From: Octopus vulgaris
Lineage: Eukaryota
Direction of reading: 5' to 3'
NCBI GenBank assembly: GCA_951406725.2
Contig: OX597825.1
Span: forward strand, 13,144,001-13,208,000
Length of the DNA: 64,000 bases
Shown here in pieces: positions 28,958 to 42,380 of the stretch. Both the position numbers and the translations under genes were made by a program. The notes under the pieces are model-generated. The model did not search any database. It saw nothing but the letters and a program-made list of their open reading frames with translations, and was not told where the DNA came from. Position 1 is the stretch's first letter; every line of letters starts with the position of its first letter.

Positions 28958-29478
28958 TCTTTTCTTTTATACTCTGGGCACGAAGCTCGAAATTTTTGGG
29001 GAGGGATCCAGTCTATTAGATCGGCCCCAGTACGCAACTGGTACTTAATTTATCGATGCCGAAAGGATGAAAGGCAAAGTCGACCTCGGAACGTAACAGC
29101 AGACAAAATACCTGTTTCTTTACTACCCACAAGGGGCTAAACACGGAGAGGACAAACAAGGACAGACAAACGGATTAAGTCGATTACATCGACTCCAGTG
29201 CGTAACTGGTACTTATTTAATCGACCCCGAAAGGATGAAAGGCAAAGTCGACGTCGGCGGAATTTGAACTCAGAACGTAGCGGCAGACGAAATACCTATT
29301 TCTTTACTGCCCACAAGGGGCTAAACACAGATGGACAAACAAGGACAGACAAACGGATAAAGTCGATTACATCGACCCCAGTGCGTAACTGGTACTTAAT
29401 TTATCAACCCCGAAAGTATGAAAGGCAAAGTCGACCTCGGCGGAATTTGATCTCAGAACGTAACGGCGGACGAAATAC
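28958..29478 (-). mobile_element. SINE family C nested array
   Basis: Three central domains, two tail-1 units and a terminal tail 2. Confidence 0.88.
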
Positions 29479-29857
29479 GTAAATTGCAACAAACATGTTA
29501 CCAATGCTTAGGTGAAAACATATTCGAGTACCAGTTTGGATGCAGACTCACTAATAAGTTCATTTAACGCAAGTAGACAGCGTCATTTTGAATGGAAGAA
29601 TATATTCATACAAATATGGTTGCATATGCATAACACGTAAAACTTCCATGGAATAAGTTTTAAAAAAATCATTTTCTTCTTTTTTCTTTTGATTCAGCTT
29701 CTTTTCTTGGTATTTTTTCTTACAACCGACAAGCTAGTTTCGGAGAAACTTCGAAGCTATGTTTGTTCCTTGTTTCACAACGTTTCTATTGAGAAATTTC
29801 TTTGGGTAATGATTTCGATATTTTTAATTTTAAGAGCAGCTATAGCAATTAATATAT

Positions 29858-30041
<184 letters not shown>

Positions 30042-30044
30042 ATG

Positions 30045-30075
<31 letters not shown>

Positions 30076-30080
30076 ATAAA

Positions 30081-30127
<47 letters not shown>

Positions 30128-30164
30128 AAATATATATATATATATATGTATGTATGTATATAAA

Positions 30165-30202
<38 letters not shown>

Positions 30203-30578
30203 TGTAAAGTGAGAGAGGGAGAGAAAGAGAAGGAGTGCATGTGAGTGTGTATGAGTGTGTCTGGGTATGTTTAAATAACCAAAAAATATGGTTCCTGAAA
30301 ATTTGTGAAACTAGGAAACCATAGATAATAGAAACAAATTGATTTACTAAAATGTACGTTTTTGGAAAATGTTGCTGCTCAGCAGAAATGAAAAAAAAAA
30401 AAAGGACAAAACATATACATACGTATACACACACATCCACATAACTATTCACAAATACACGCGCAGATACACACACATATAGATGCATGTACATATACAC
30501 ACAGAAACAAAGAATGATGTAACTGAAATCAATACAACATGTGTGTGTGTTTGTGAAAGACAGAAAGAGAGAGAGCGG

Positions 30579-30617
<39 letters not shown>

Positions 30618-31363
30618 ATGGAGAGAGAAAGAGAGAAAGACAGAGAGACAGAGAGAGACAGAGAAACGTATTTAAATGTGACTATAATTCTATGTGTGTT
30701 CCGGAATGAAAAATAGTCTGTTTGCCAGATAGCTCCTATTATACAACACATAGTGGCCATCATATGAAGCCGACTACGTAGTTTTTTCTTTTGTCTATTA
30801 TTGATATTTTTTTTTTACATTTATTTTAATATTCTTTTTTACTTCTATTTTTTTTATTTTTTCCTTTTTGTTTTTCACTTTGTAAAGTTCTTTGTGATCG
30901 TAACTCAATAATAAGCTTTACTGAACAAAATGGCGTCATTCTCAGTTAAAATGCACCAGAATTTGACTATTATGTTTTCCCTCCCTTCCTTTCTCTCTCT
31001 CTCTCTCTCTCTCTGTCTCTCCATCTATCTATCTATCTCACTCCTTCTCTCTCTCCCCTCCACCTCTATCTGTCTCTCTCTCTGTACATGGCATTCGTAT
31101 ACGCTAGTACATACTAAATATTATGTTATTCTACATATGTATGTGCATTTCAATGTGCTTGCAGAAACCTGCTCTAAGTATTATGTAATATGTTTATCGA
31201 CACAGGTAGAGTTATCTGGTTAAGAGACTTGATTCTCAAGCACATGGCCCCAGGTACGATCCCTTTCAGTGCTGCCTTTGTCAACAGAGCATATATTGAA
31301 AACCCTTGTAGACATATGTAAAATTAAATACATACATACAAACATACATACATACAAACATAC

Positions 31364-31434
<71 letters not shown>

Positions 31435-31701
31435 GAATGGTTGTATACTGTCAATCTAACACGTACGTGACAGTAGGGGTACACCACCGCTGTATAGCCC
31501 TAGGAAGCATCGACGCCTCCTGATGGCTTTGACACATTTTTCCCTGTGTCAAAGCCATCAGGAGGCGTCGATGCTTCCTAGGGCTATACCGCGGTGGTGT
31601 ACCCCCCTACTGTCACGTTCGTGTTAGATTGACATTATACAACCATTCTATCGCCCCACCACCGTACATGTCTCTACGAGAGATTTAGAAATTTAGTATT
31701 T

Positions 31702-31703
<2 letters not shown>
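31435..31703. mobile_element. Fold-back element, family F copy 2, in (TA)n
   Basis: About 102 bp near-perfect inverted arms (31435-31536, 31545-31648), 8 nt loop, 3' GAGATTTA, (TA)n on both sides. Confidence 0.85.
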
Positions 31704-31753
<50 letters not shown>

Positions 31754-31867
31754 AACGCACACGCACGCACACACACACTCACAAACACACAATTACAGCG
31801 TAGAAGGTTTATAAGCCACTTTAAAATGCACAAAGACCGTTGGATTCACTTCAACATTTAAATTTAA

Positions 31868-31918
31868 TTTGTCAAAATATTTTCGTCGCTTTGAGACCGC
31901 GACCTGTTCACTGACAAA
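31868..31918 (-). ncRNA. Second G3-C8 hammerhead candidate
   Basis: Minus strand TTTGTCA-GTGAACA-G-GTCGC-GGTCTCAAA-GCGAC-GAAA-ATAT-TT-TGACAAA; only loop II differs from the 22185 copy. Confidence 0.7.
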
Positions 31919-31957
31919 ATTCCGTGCTGCATCTAAGAAAGTAACTGTTATTCATGA

Positions 31958-31993
<36 letters not shown>

Positions 31994-32197
31994 TCTTTGT
32001 ATGTATGTATGTTTGTATGTATGAATGTATGTATGTATGTGTGCATGTAAGTATTTATATATGTATGTATGCATATAAGTATGTATTATGTATGTATGTA
32101 TGTATGTATGTATGTATGTATGTATGTATGTATGTATGTATTTATGTATGTATGTATGTGTGCATGTAAATATGTGCGTATGCATGTATGTACATGC

Positions 32198-32354
32198 TAC
32201 GAAAATATTTTGAGAAGCTAAATTTAAATGTTGAATTGAATCAAACGGTTTTGGTGTGTTTTTAAATGGCTTATAAACACATTCCAAGCTGCAATTGCTT
32301 TTGTTTCAGCACACTACCTCAGATCAGGTCACTTGCTATGCAAGTACATCTCCG

Positions 32355-32357
<3 letters not shown>
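32198..32357 (+). mobile_element. 3' end of the G3-C8 element family, abutting (TA)n
   Basis: Reverse complement of 21970-22130; ends in TCTCCGTAA(TA)n. Confidence 0.75.
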
Positions 32358-32391
<34 letters not shown>

Positions 32392-32414
32392 CTTCTATAC
32401 ACAATGACACACAC

Positions 32415-32473
<59 letters not shown>

Positions 32474-32529
32474 TGAAGTATATATGCATACATATAGTAT
32501 ATTATATATATATATATATATGTATATAG

Positions 32530-32870
32530 TATTAATGAAATAGAAGATAGAATGTATATTAGACTCTATAAAGTACAACACATGCTGATGGACATATGGG
32601 CATATAGCGATCAGCAAGATGACCCAAGTAATCCCTAATGCGACCTCTTTCATTGATGTACCCGAAGAAACCCAGAACGGCAGGTCAAAACATTTGTTGT
32701 ACCTAATAAAGTCTAATACACATTCCATCTCGTATTTCTTTAACACCGTTGCCCCAACTGCCATTGCAAAGTCCCTGGAGTAAATCTACAGGTAACAACA
32801 GGTAAACTAAACTGTACCGGTGCTTTACTCATCATCTATTTATACATTTTGTATAATTATTCCATTCTAT
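32530..32870 (+). mobile_element. (TA)n-embedded pLTR-like element with a decayed hammerhead (32658-32702)
   Basis: GTAC-CCGAAGA-...GGTC-AAAAC-ATTT-GTT-GTAC; terminus homologous in inverted orientation to 59394-59490. Confidence 0.55.
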
Positions 32871-33283
32871 ATATATACGTGTGTGTGTGTGTGTGTGTGT
32901 GTACAGAAGTGCACTGGCATACACAGACGCACACACAGATGAGCGCACACACAGAGCAGTTCTCTCGTATCTAGTGAAAAAAACATGTCTTAGTGACATG
33001 ATCAGTTTTACAAAAATCTTGTTTCATAACATTATCTCCCCTTCTTATCGTGAGTTGCCTAGAATTGCCACCGGGCGTTTGATTACTTTCCCTCGAAGCA
33101 AACATACGTTCAAATAAAGAAGATTTCTATCTTCGCTTTTGCTGCATAAATTTGTGTTATTGGCTACTAGCTACGCTGAATTATTTCTTTCATCATTTTT
33201 TTTTTTTTTGTTTATAAGTATGGCTGTGTGTGTGTTCGTGTGCGTGTAATTTCTGTCTATAGCCACATACACATAATATATGC

Positions 33284-33320
<37 letters not shown>

Positions 33321-33489
33321 TACACGCACACACACACACACACATACACACACATACACTCATACACGTGCACGATGGAAGTCAAAACGTATCCGCACTT
33401 TCGTTATAACACAACTTTATTATTGTCACGCTGCCTTCTACGCATGCGTGTTTATAGTTAGTGATACTGCAGTCACGTGATCGAAGTTT

Positions 33490-33812
33490 GATCCCGATCG
33501 CTCCATTAGCAAATGTGCACCAAGGAAGAACAGAAAGCAGTGATCTAATTTCTCTGGTCGGAATGTGTATCTGGTACTGAAATTTGTCGGAGGCTTTTAG
33601 CACAATACGGAGACAGTGCATTACCACGTAGAAGTGTGTAGGAGCGGATCGAGAAGTTTAAAAGTGGCCGGACAAGCATGACCCACGAAGAGGGAGCAGG
33701 ATGCTCATTAACCTCCACCAGTGACCAGAAGATTCAGCGAGTTCGATCGGTGGTAATGATGAACCGGCGACTTATCATGGATGAGGTAGCTCGTTCTCTG
33801 CAGATTAGTCAG
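33490..33812 (+). pseudogene. Mariner transposase N-terminal remnant
   Basis: CTKEEQKAVI*FLWSECVSGTEICRRLLAQYGDSALPRRSV*ERIEKFKSGRTS...NRRLIMDEVARSLQIS fits the mariner HTH region. Confidence 0.85.
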
Positions 33813-34081
33813 ATTATCTACTACAACTCCCACTGTTTCAAATGATTTGTTTCTCTCGACGAAGTTCCTTACTTCTTATAACAAAAACAAAACAAACACA
33901 CACACACACAAACACACACACACAAACACACACACACAAACACACACACACACGCACGCACATACATACACACACGTATATATATATATATATGGCAATT
34001 AGCAGAAAAGAATAACAACACGGCAGCAACAAGTTTTTGTAAACGTTGTTATAGTTGTACTCATGAAGATAAAATTAACTT

Positions 34082-34109
34082 GACGTTTCGGATGAAATAC
34101 CTTCATCAG
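34082..34109 (-). ncRNA. Minimal hammerhead core, weak stems
   Basis: Minus strand CTGATGA-A-GG-TATTTCAT-CC-GAAA-CG-TC. Confidence 0.5.
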
Positions 34110-34174
34110 AATAAATCTACAATCTACTTCGATTTCCGCTGTTAAAAATGATTATATATATATATATATATATA

Positions 34175-35359
34175 TAGCCCCATGCTCAATTCGTCCTGTC
34201 GAAAGACCCTTGTCCTACGTCCTGGTTTTGTTTTGTTGTTTATTCTTTATACTTTATTTTTACCGTTATTGTTTTACGTTTTTGTATTCTTATTGTTGTC
34301 ACGTATTCTGTATTTTTGTTCGTGTACTTCGTTCGTTTTCCGTCCTCGTGTTGTATACATTCGAAGCTTTCTTCCAGGGGATCTAATGCACTTGGCTTAG
34401 ATTTCCCGTGGCGGGCTGGCCATATCGGAGCAATCTCAAGATTAATCAGCCGAAATTGCTAAGATGATCTGGTTCTTGACTGATGACTGAGGGCTTCGAA
34501 TGTCCCGTCCTGTGGTTCTTGTGTCGTCTCTGTGGCGTTTCATGTTCTTGTCCATGTCTGTAATTATTTTTACTGTTTACCTATATAATCGGCGGCTACG
34601 TATCCACAATTGTCCTTATACGATAAGTATATTTTTTCTCAAGCATTGATACGACTCTTAATCTTTCTTTCTCTCTCTCTCTCTCCTCCCTTATTCCCCC
34701 TCCTTTCTTTCCCTCTCCATCCGTTTCCCCCCCCCTTCTACGTTTCTCTATCTCTCTCACCTCCAGCCCCCTCGATCTGTCTCTTTCTTCTCCTCCCTCG
34801 TCCACCTTCTCTCTCTTTTCATCTGTCCCTTTCTCTTGTCTTTTGTTCTCACGTGACCGCTAGCCGCTGTTGAACGCTCTTTTCGTTCCAGCAGCCGTTG
34901 AAGCAACACGTACTTGTTCGTCTCCCTGTGGCCATTAGGCACAACTTCATAAGCTAGCCCCATGCTCAATTCGTCCTGTCGAAAGACCCTTGTCCTACGT
35001 CCTGGTTTTGTTTTGTTGTTTATTCTTTATACTTTATTTTTACCGTTATTGTTTTACGTTTTTGTATTCTTATTGTTGTCACGTATTCTGTATTTTTGTT
35101 CGTGTACTTCGTTCGTTTTCCGTCCTCGTGTTGTATACATTCGAAGCTTTCTTCCAGGGGATCTAATGCACTTGGCTTAGATTTCCCGTGGCGGGCTGGC
35201 CATATCGGAGCAATCTCAAGATTAATCAGCCGAAATTGCTAAGATGATCTGGTTCTTGACTGATGACTGAGGGCTTCGAATGTCCCGTCCTGTGGTTCTT
35301 GTGTCGTCTCTGTGGCGTTTCATGTTCTTGTCCATGTCTGTAATTATTTTTACTGTTTA

Positions 35360-35367
<8 letters not shown>
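34175..35367. mobile_element. Non-coding element with 413-bp identical direct terminal repeats, inserted in (TA)n
   Basis: 34175-34587 equals 34955-35367 (offset 780); (TA)n on both sides. Confidence 0.85.
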
Positions 35368-35455
<88 letters not shown>

Positions 35456-36259
35456 CAAACACAAACAAACTCACATGTTTATACATATATATATTCCTAT
35501 AAAGGAAGTTGAGACTCAGGAGAATAATATCTGTTTTAATCAGTAAAATCATTAAGTGCATGATACATGAAATAATCTTCAATGGTTTTGCAAAGATATC
35601 AATGTCAATGTCTAGACCGAGGCTGTTCTTGTAAGAGAAATTTATATTCACTTTACTAAAGTAGTTAAATTATTACATTCAAAGTGTTTGTGTATAAGTT
35701 CATAAATTCTCTGACGAAGGGGTTTCTTAGAACTGTCATACGTCATATCTAAACCTGACATAAAACGAGACCTTATTTATGATTGTAATCTTTGCACTGA
35801 CACACACATACATATATACATACATTCATAAATACAAACATACATAGATTGATAGACACATACATACATGCATACATACTATATAAATACATGCATGTAT
35901 ATATATATATATACACACATATGTGTGTGTGTGCGCGCGTACACGTGTGTGTGTAGAAAAGAGGTTCTACACCAGTAAAAACGGGACAAACGCTTTGGAA
36001 ACTTTGTCATGGATAAAAGAAAGCGTTCACATTTTTATTAAAACATGCTACCGGTTTCAATCACTTTAAAAGACGATTTAATCTTGCTGGAATAAAAGGA
36101 AAATTAACCTGAAACAAATTAAATTACATTATTAACCTTTGATGCTCCCAGTTCTGGAAGCTCGTATGTTGTTTTTTCTCTTAAAGATCACATGCTACTG
36201 TACTTCGTTTCTTTGTAGTAGTTCCTGGGACATACCAGCTGCAGAAGCAGCAATAGTAT

Positions 36260-36260
36260 T

Positions 36261-36320
<60 letters not shown>

Positions 36321-36455
36321 ATCTACTACTACTACTATTGCTGCTGCTGCTATTACTACTATACTAGACGTAGTAGTAGTAGTAGTAATAGTAGTAGTAG
36401 TAATACCAGCAGCAGTAGCAACAACAGTATTGGTACAGCCCCTGTTGTTGTGAGC

Positions 36456-36489
<34 letters not shown>

Positions 36490-36514
36490 ATGTAGTAGTT
36501 ATAGCAGCAGCAGG

Positions 36515-36585
<71 letters not shown>

Positions 36586-36598
36586 ATGTAGTAGTTAT

Positions 36599-36660
<62 letters not shown>

Positions 36661-36667
36661 CAGCAGC

Positions 36668-36708
<41 letters not shown>

Positions 36709-36718
36709 CAGCAGCAGC

Positions 36719-36777
<59 letters not shown>
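36260..36777. repeat. (TAC)n switching to (TAG)n/(CAG)n compound microsatellite
   Basis: Direct reading; strand switch near 36365. Confidence 0.95.
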
Positions 36778-37384
36778 CTGAAGCAGCTATTGAAAATTTA
36801 CCTTGTATAAAAATCAGACATAAACATGCAGCTACATATTTGGAAGTCATAATTACCCGAGTCAGCACATGAAAGGAAGCGTCTAAAACGAGAAGGATGC
36901 AGTGAATTTCAATGAAGAGACGACGAGGACAGAAATGGCAGGCAAGGATCATTCCAAGTGAGGCGGAGGATCGTCATGGAGTTATAAGCTAGATCTATTA
37001 AGTCCCTAAATAAGCTGGCATTCGGGGTTTTTCACAAAGGAAACCAATTCAGCGATTCATGATCTGGTTTTGCAGTGAAGGAGAGCTTTTTCGTAGATGC
37101 AACAGGCATATGTGAGAAAAGAACTAAAGCTGTGAGTATAACGACCGGTAAGATTACATAGCTGTTGCATGGTTACAGAAGTTATGGCCATTAGCAGTTC
37201 AGTGTGTTGGTGGCATGAGTGATTAAAGGACAATACGGGAAGTAATGTGGGCCGAAAGAACACGGGGACTCCGCGATGCGTGCAATGCTTCTCAACAGCA
37301 AACTGTCTGTAAAATAATATAATGTAATATAATATAATATATTAAATTACATATGATAATATATATATATATTTACGTATATAC

Positions 37385-37437
<53 letters not shown>

Positions 37438-37529
37438 CACACATATATATGTACATGTATATACTATAAAGTTACAGAAATAGCATACAGTCACATACTC
37501 GCTTTATATATATATACATATATATATAC

Positions 37530-37605
<76 letters not shown>

Positions 37606-37738
37606 GTATGTGTGTGTGTGTAGAGAGAGAGAGGTGGGGATAACTAAGCATAGAAATAGATACAACTTTAGTTAGGTATGTGTATGCACATATATGTATA
37701 TGTGTGAGCGCATATGATATATATATATATACGCATCT

Positions 37739-37821
<83 letters not shown>

Positions 37822-37918
37822 CACTCACGTATGTGCATATGTATATAAATAGGTATGCACATATAGAGCGATAGAAAAATATATATGTGTAGGTGTATCT
37901 ATACCACACGCACACACG

Positions 37919-37972
<54 letters not shown>

Positions 37973-38905
37973 CGCGCTTCAATCACAAGTAATGCTGCCA
38001 TTCGGCGCATAAGTTTTCGACTGATGTTCTCCATGTTTTTGATGGCGTCTACTAATTGTGTCAGAAAGGCCACTCCGGTGTAGAGAGAACGCCATTTGCA
38101 AGCGTAGTACATAACGTATGCGAGTATTTATCTATGTACGTTTCTATGCGTATATGTAAGTATGCATGTATGTATACTTGTATGTATGTATGTATGTATG
38201 TAAGGCGGCGAGCTGGCAGAAACGTTAGCGTGCCGGACGAAATGCTATAGCGGTATTTCGTCTGTATGTGAGTATCAAATTCCGCTGATGTATGTACTGT
38301 ATGCCTTTCATCCTTTCGGGGTCGATAAATTAAGTATGCATGTTATGTATGTGTGTCAATGTATATCGTATCTATGTATGCATGCATGCATGTATGTATG
38401 TATGCTTGTATGTATGTATGTATATATGTATGTATGTGTGTATGTATGCATGTGTGTATGTATTATGTGTGTATGGATGTATGCATGTACGTACCAAGGT
38501 ATGTCCGCATATATTCCTGGATATATCTGTTCATGAATCTTCCACTCTCTCTCTCTTTCCCTTTTTCTCTCTCTCTCTTTCTCCCTGCCTCTCTCTCTCT
38601 CTCTCTCTCTCTCGCTCTCTCCTTTCCTTCATCTCTCTTGTCCTCCTTCCCTCCCCTCTCTCCCTGAGTGTTTGTGTAATTGTCTGAATGAGCGTTGTTT
38701 CCTGATCGCCTTTCTGTCTCTCTTTGAGGGAACACGGAATTGCAGGAAACGCTCACACACACACTCACACCCACACACGCACACGCTAATTCAGCTATAC
38801 TCAAATTCAGACCTTTGCCCTCTCTTTATGCTGCATACAGTCGGAAACCTGTCGTATTCATGTGCAATATCTTCTTACACAGAAAAAGAAATATCAGCTG
38901 TACTA

Positions 38906-39310
38906 CATTATTTACATTATTTACATTATTTACATTATTTACATTATTTACATTTGACGGATATTTGTCCTCATCTTGTTTGTTGTTGCCACAACGTTTC
39001 GGCTGATAAACTCTCCGGGCTTCATCAGGCAGATGGAGTAGTGGTTAAGAGCGCGGGCTACTAACCCCAACATTCCGAGTTCGATTCCAGGCAGTGGCCT
39101 GAATAATAATAATAAGAAGAATAATAACATAGAAAAATACCTTAGGAATGAGAACCCAGGTTCGAAATTTCCGCAAGACACAAGATGAAGGCAGGAGAGT
39201 ATATCAGCCGAAACGTTGTGTTAACAACAAACAAGATGAGGACAAATATCCATCAAATGTAAATAATGTAAATAATGTACATAATTCTTCATCTTTTAAT
39301 TATAGAACTG
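38906..39310 (+). mobile_element. tRNA-headed SINE-like element with a hammerhead-bearing tail and a 5' inverted tail copy
   Basis: A box 39034-39044, B box 39077-39088; hammerhead-like motifs at 39177-39222 (+) and 38993-39028 (-); TSD-like ATCAGCTGTACTA / ATCAGCAGGACTA. Confidence 0.8.
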
Positions 39311-40069
39311 CATCAGCAGGACTAGTTTCATTCCTATGTTGGGACATCATCATAGACTTAGTTACTTCTTTAATACTCCAGTAGCATAGTAGTTATAAAA
39401 CCACTATTACTAGGATCTTAACAAAATTACGTTGATCGTTGACGTATATAACACATCTTTGACAGTTATCCGGATTATCGTCATCGTCGTCAACTTTATC
39501 TCGTATACGAAAGCTTAGTTTCGTCTTTGCTGAACGCTTCCGTTGTGGCGATAGCGTTGATACTCTACAGACCAGCTCATGCATAGAATAGCCGATGCTT
39601 TGACTGCATGGTTGAGGACAAGATTGATTTTGTTGGGCCTTTCTCACCTGTTGTTTGATTTCTTCCTATTCTCTTCTGCTGGCTTCGAAGTATTTGGTTC
39701 CGATGGTTATGGAACACAGCCACTTTGGTACGGTCGCATTTGCGTTTCAAATAGTTTAGGCTCAATTCCAGTGGCATTCAATCTTGTTTCGAGTTGCTCC
39801 TTCTATCTTCGAAGCGGACAACCCCGTGGTCTTCTCCTTGAAGTGAACTAAGCGAGTAACACCTTCGACATTTTTTGATGGATAACATGAATGTAAACAT
39901 GGACTTACACTTACATGGCTTAAGCTTTGGCACAGGCATAGGACTACTGGCAGGATCGACCAGGAATCATCGTTATCTATTAAACTCGGTAAATTTTTGT
40001 TTTTGTTTGAGGAGTAGGCAAGATTGTGTGATTAAATTTTCTGGGCAATTGTCTTCTACGGTAATCCTT

Positions 40070-40171
40070 GGTGGTGGTAATAGTAGTAGTAGTGGTGGTG
40101 GTGGTGGTGGTGGCTGTGGTGGTAGTGGTGGTGGTGGTAGTAGTGGTAGTAGTAGTGGTGGTGGTGGTGGT

Positions 40172-40251
<80 letters not shown>

Positions 40252-40255
40252 TAGT
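40070..40255. repeat. (GGT)/(AGC)/(AGT) compound microsatellite
   Basis: Direct reading. Confidence 0.95.
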
Positions 40256-40805
40256 TGAAGCAACTATAGACAATTTGCCCTGTATAAAAATAACTTTCCA
40301 TTCTACCAAATAAATTCCATTGCATTGGAATTTATTTGACAGATGGAAACTGTGCGGAAGCCTATAGCGTATTTATGCATGTGTGCATGTGTATCAGTGT
40401 GCCAATGACCATGTTTTTGTGTCTGCATTTGGCACTCGGCGCCGCTTGACAGCCGAGTTAATAGTTAACCCAATAACAACGACGAGGGTGACTACGTTGA
40501 GAAAACGCAATGATGTAGAGGCTATAACAACTGTCGTCGATTTGTTCTGGTCTGAGAAAAATAGAGGGCAACTGTCCCGCAAATGGTTTATTAAATACGT
40601 AGAGATAAATGCAAATATGTACTCCGCCATGTTGAAAAGGACGGGATGGTCAGGTGACATTGTTGTTCATTATCACAATAGTGAAATAGAATTAGAATAA
40701 TAAAATCTGATTGGATAATAATAAAAAGGAAAGTGGTGAATGAATTAATGAAAGTTATGTGGACACAGAATGTAATAAATATTAGAGGACAGCTAGGCAC
40801 CTGAA

Positions 40806-41080
40806 AGACCAATACACAAGGTGGGGCTATTGACATTCTGTGAAGGCAAAAAATACTTTGTGCGTGTGTGTGTGCGTCCGTGTGTGTGTGTGTCTGTATA
40901 TGTCTACATGCATACATACGGGTATATATAGATACGTACATACTACAAGACCAATACACAAGGTGGCGCTAGTGACATTCTGTGAAGGCAAAAAAATAAT
41001 TTGTGCGTGTGTGTGTGTGCGTCCGCATGTGTGTGTGCGTCCGCATGTGTGTGTGCGTGTGTGTCTGTATATGTACTACA
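40806..41080. repeat. About 140 bp local tandem duplication
   Basis: AAGACCAATACACAAGGTGG...GACATTCTGTGAAGGCAAAAAA at about 40806 and 40947. Confidence 0.85.
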
Positions 41081-41148
41081 TATATATACATATACATGTA
41101 TATATCCATATGTATATACATATATATATACATATATTTACATACATA

Positions 41149-41202
<54 letters not shown>

Positions 41203-41379
41203 TATACATACATATATATATATATATATACATACATAAGTATATATGCATTATATACTCAAGTAAACATATATATATGTACATATAAATACATATATAT
41301 ATATATATATACATATATATATGTATTTATGTATGTATATAGACATATGTGTGCGTATGTATTCACACACACACACGCG

Positions 41380-41633
41380 TGCGCTCACAGTCACACACAC
41401 ACATACATATACATATACGTATATAATGTATATGTCTGAGAGATTGAAATAGTGTATGTATTGAATGTGTGTGTGTGTGTGTGTGTGTGTCCGTATACTT
41501 CAAGGATGCGCTCACAGTCACACACACATACATATATATATATACGTATATAATGTATATGTCTGAGAGATTGAAATTGTGTATGCATGTATTGAATGTG
41601 TATGTGTGTGTGTGTCCGTATACTTCAAGGATG
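41380..41633. repeat. About 128 bp local tandem duplication
   Basis: GCGCTCACAGTCACAC...GTCCGTATACTTCAAGGATG twice. Confidence 0.88.
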
Positions 41634-42216
41634 ATAGACATACTTTAAACTGTATGTGCAATGCTCGTTGTATAGTCACTGGATTACGTCACATCTCTGA
41701 GGATATAAAACAGAGGTGAAATGTTATGCGATAAAAAATAAAACTGGTCGTCTGCCAACATTCAAATTATACATATGCGTATTTCTATGTGTGTGTATAT
41801 ATTACTGTATGATGTAAGTACGTAGATAACGGTTTAATTTGGCTTGTATGTCTATATAGATGTATGTGTGTTTATGTGTGTTTATGTGTGTTTGTGAGTG
41901 TGTTTTTTGTGTGAAGCTATGAATGTATGTATTTGTATGTATGCTTGCATGTGGGTTTACGTATGCGTTTATGGATGGATCGATGTATAAAATTAAATAT
42001 TTTTTGTTTGAGTTTTTGGCTGTAGTTTTTGTTTTATTCATTGCATCACATCTACCTCTCTCTTATTTCATATTCACACTCACTCACACGTACCACCCAT
42101 ATGAATATACACACACACACATACATATATCTCTATATATACATACCTATAAATACATACATATGTACATACATACATATATATATATATATCCATCTAT
42201 ATATATTTAAGTATAC

Positions 42217-42256
<40 letters not shown>

Positions 42257-42287
42257 TAATTACATATGTGTTTGAAAGAGAGTGTGC

Positions 42288-42326
<39 letters not shown>

Positions 42327-42380
42327 AGTGTATGTGTATGTGTGTTTGTGTGTGTGCGCGCGTATGTGTGTGTATACATA

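Noticed and set aside
34480-34505. Canonical hammerhead at CTGATGA...GAATGTC
   Set aside because: No GAAA and no proper stem II; kept only as part of the structured-domain finding
35711-35730. CTGACGAAGGGG hammerhead start; also an isolated GAAACATGTC near 53505
   Set aside because: The other half of the core is missing in each case
39029-39092. Functional tRNA gene
   Set aside because: No proper acceptor stem and embedded in a TSD-flanked repeat; treated as a SINE head, as are the other tRNA-like heads
39330-40068. Complex unique sequence that might be coding
   Set aside because: All frames are interrupted by stops and no domain is recognisable
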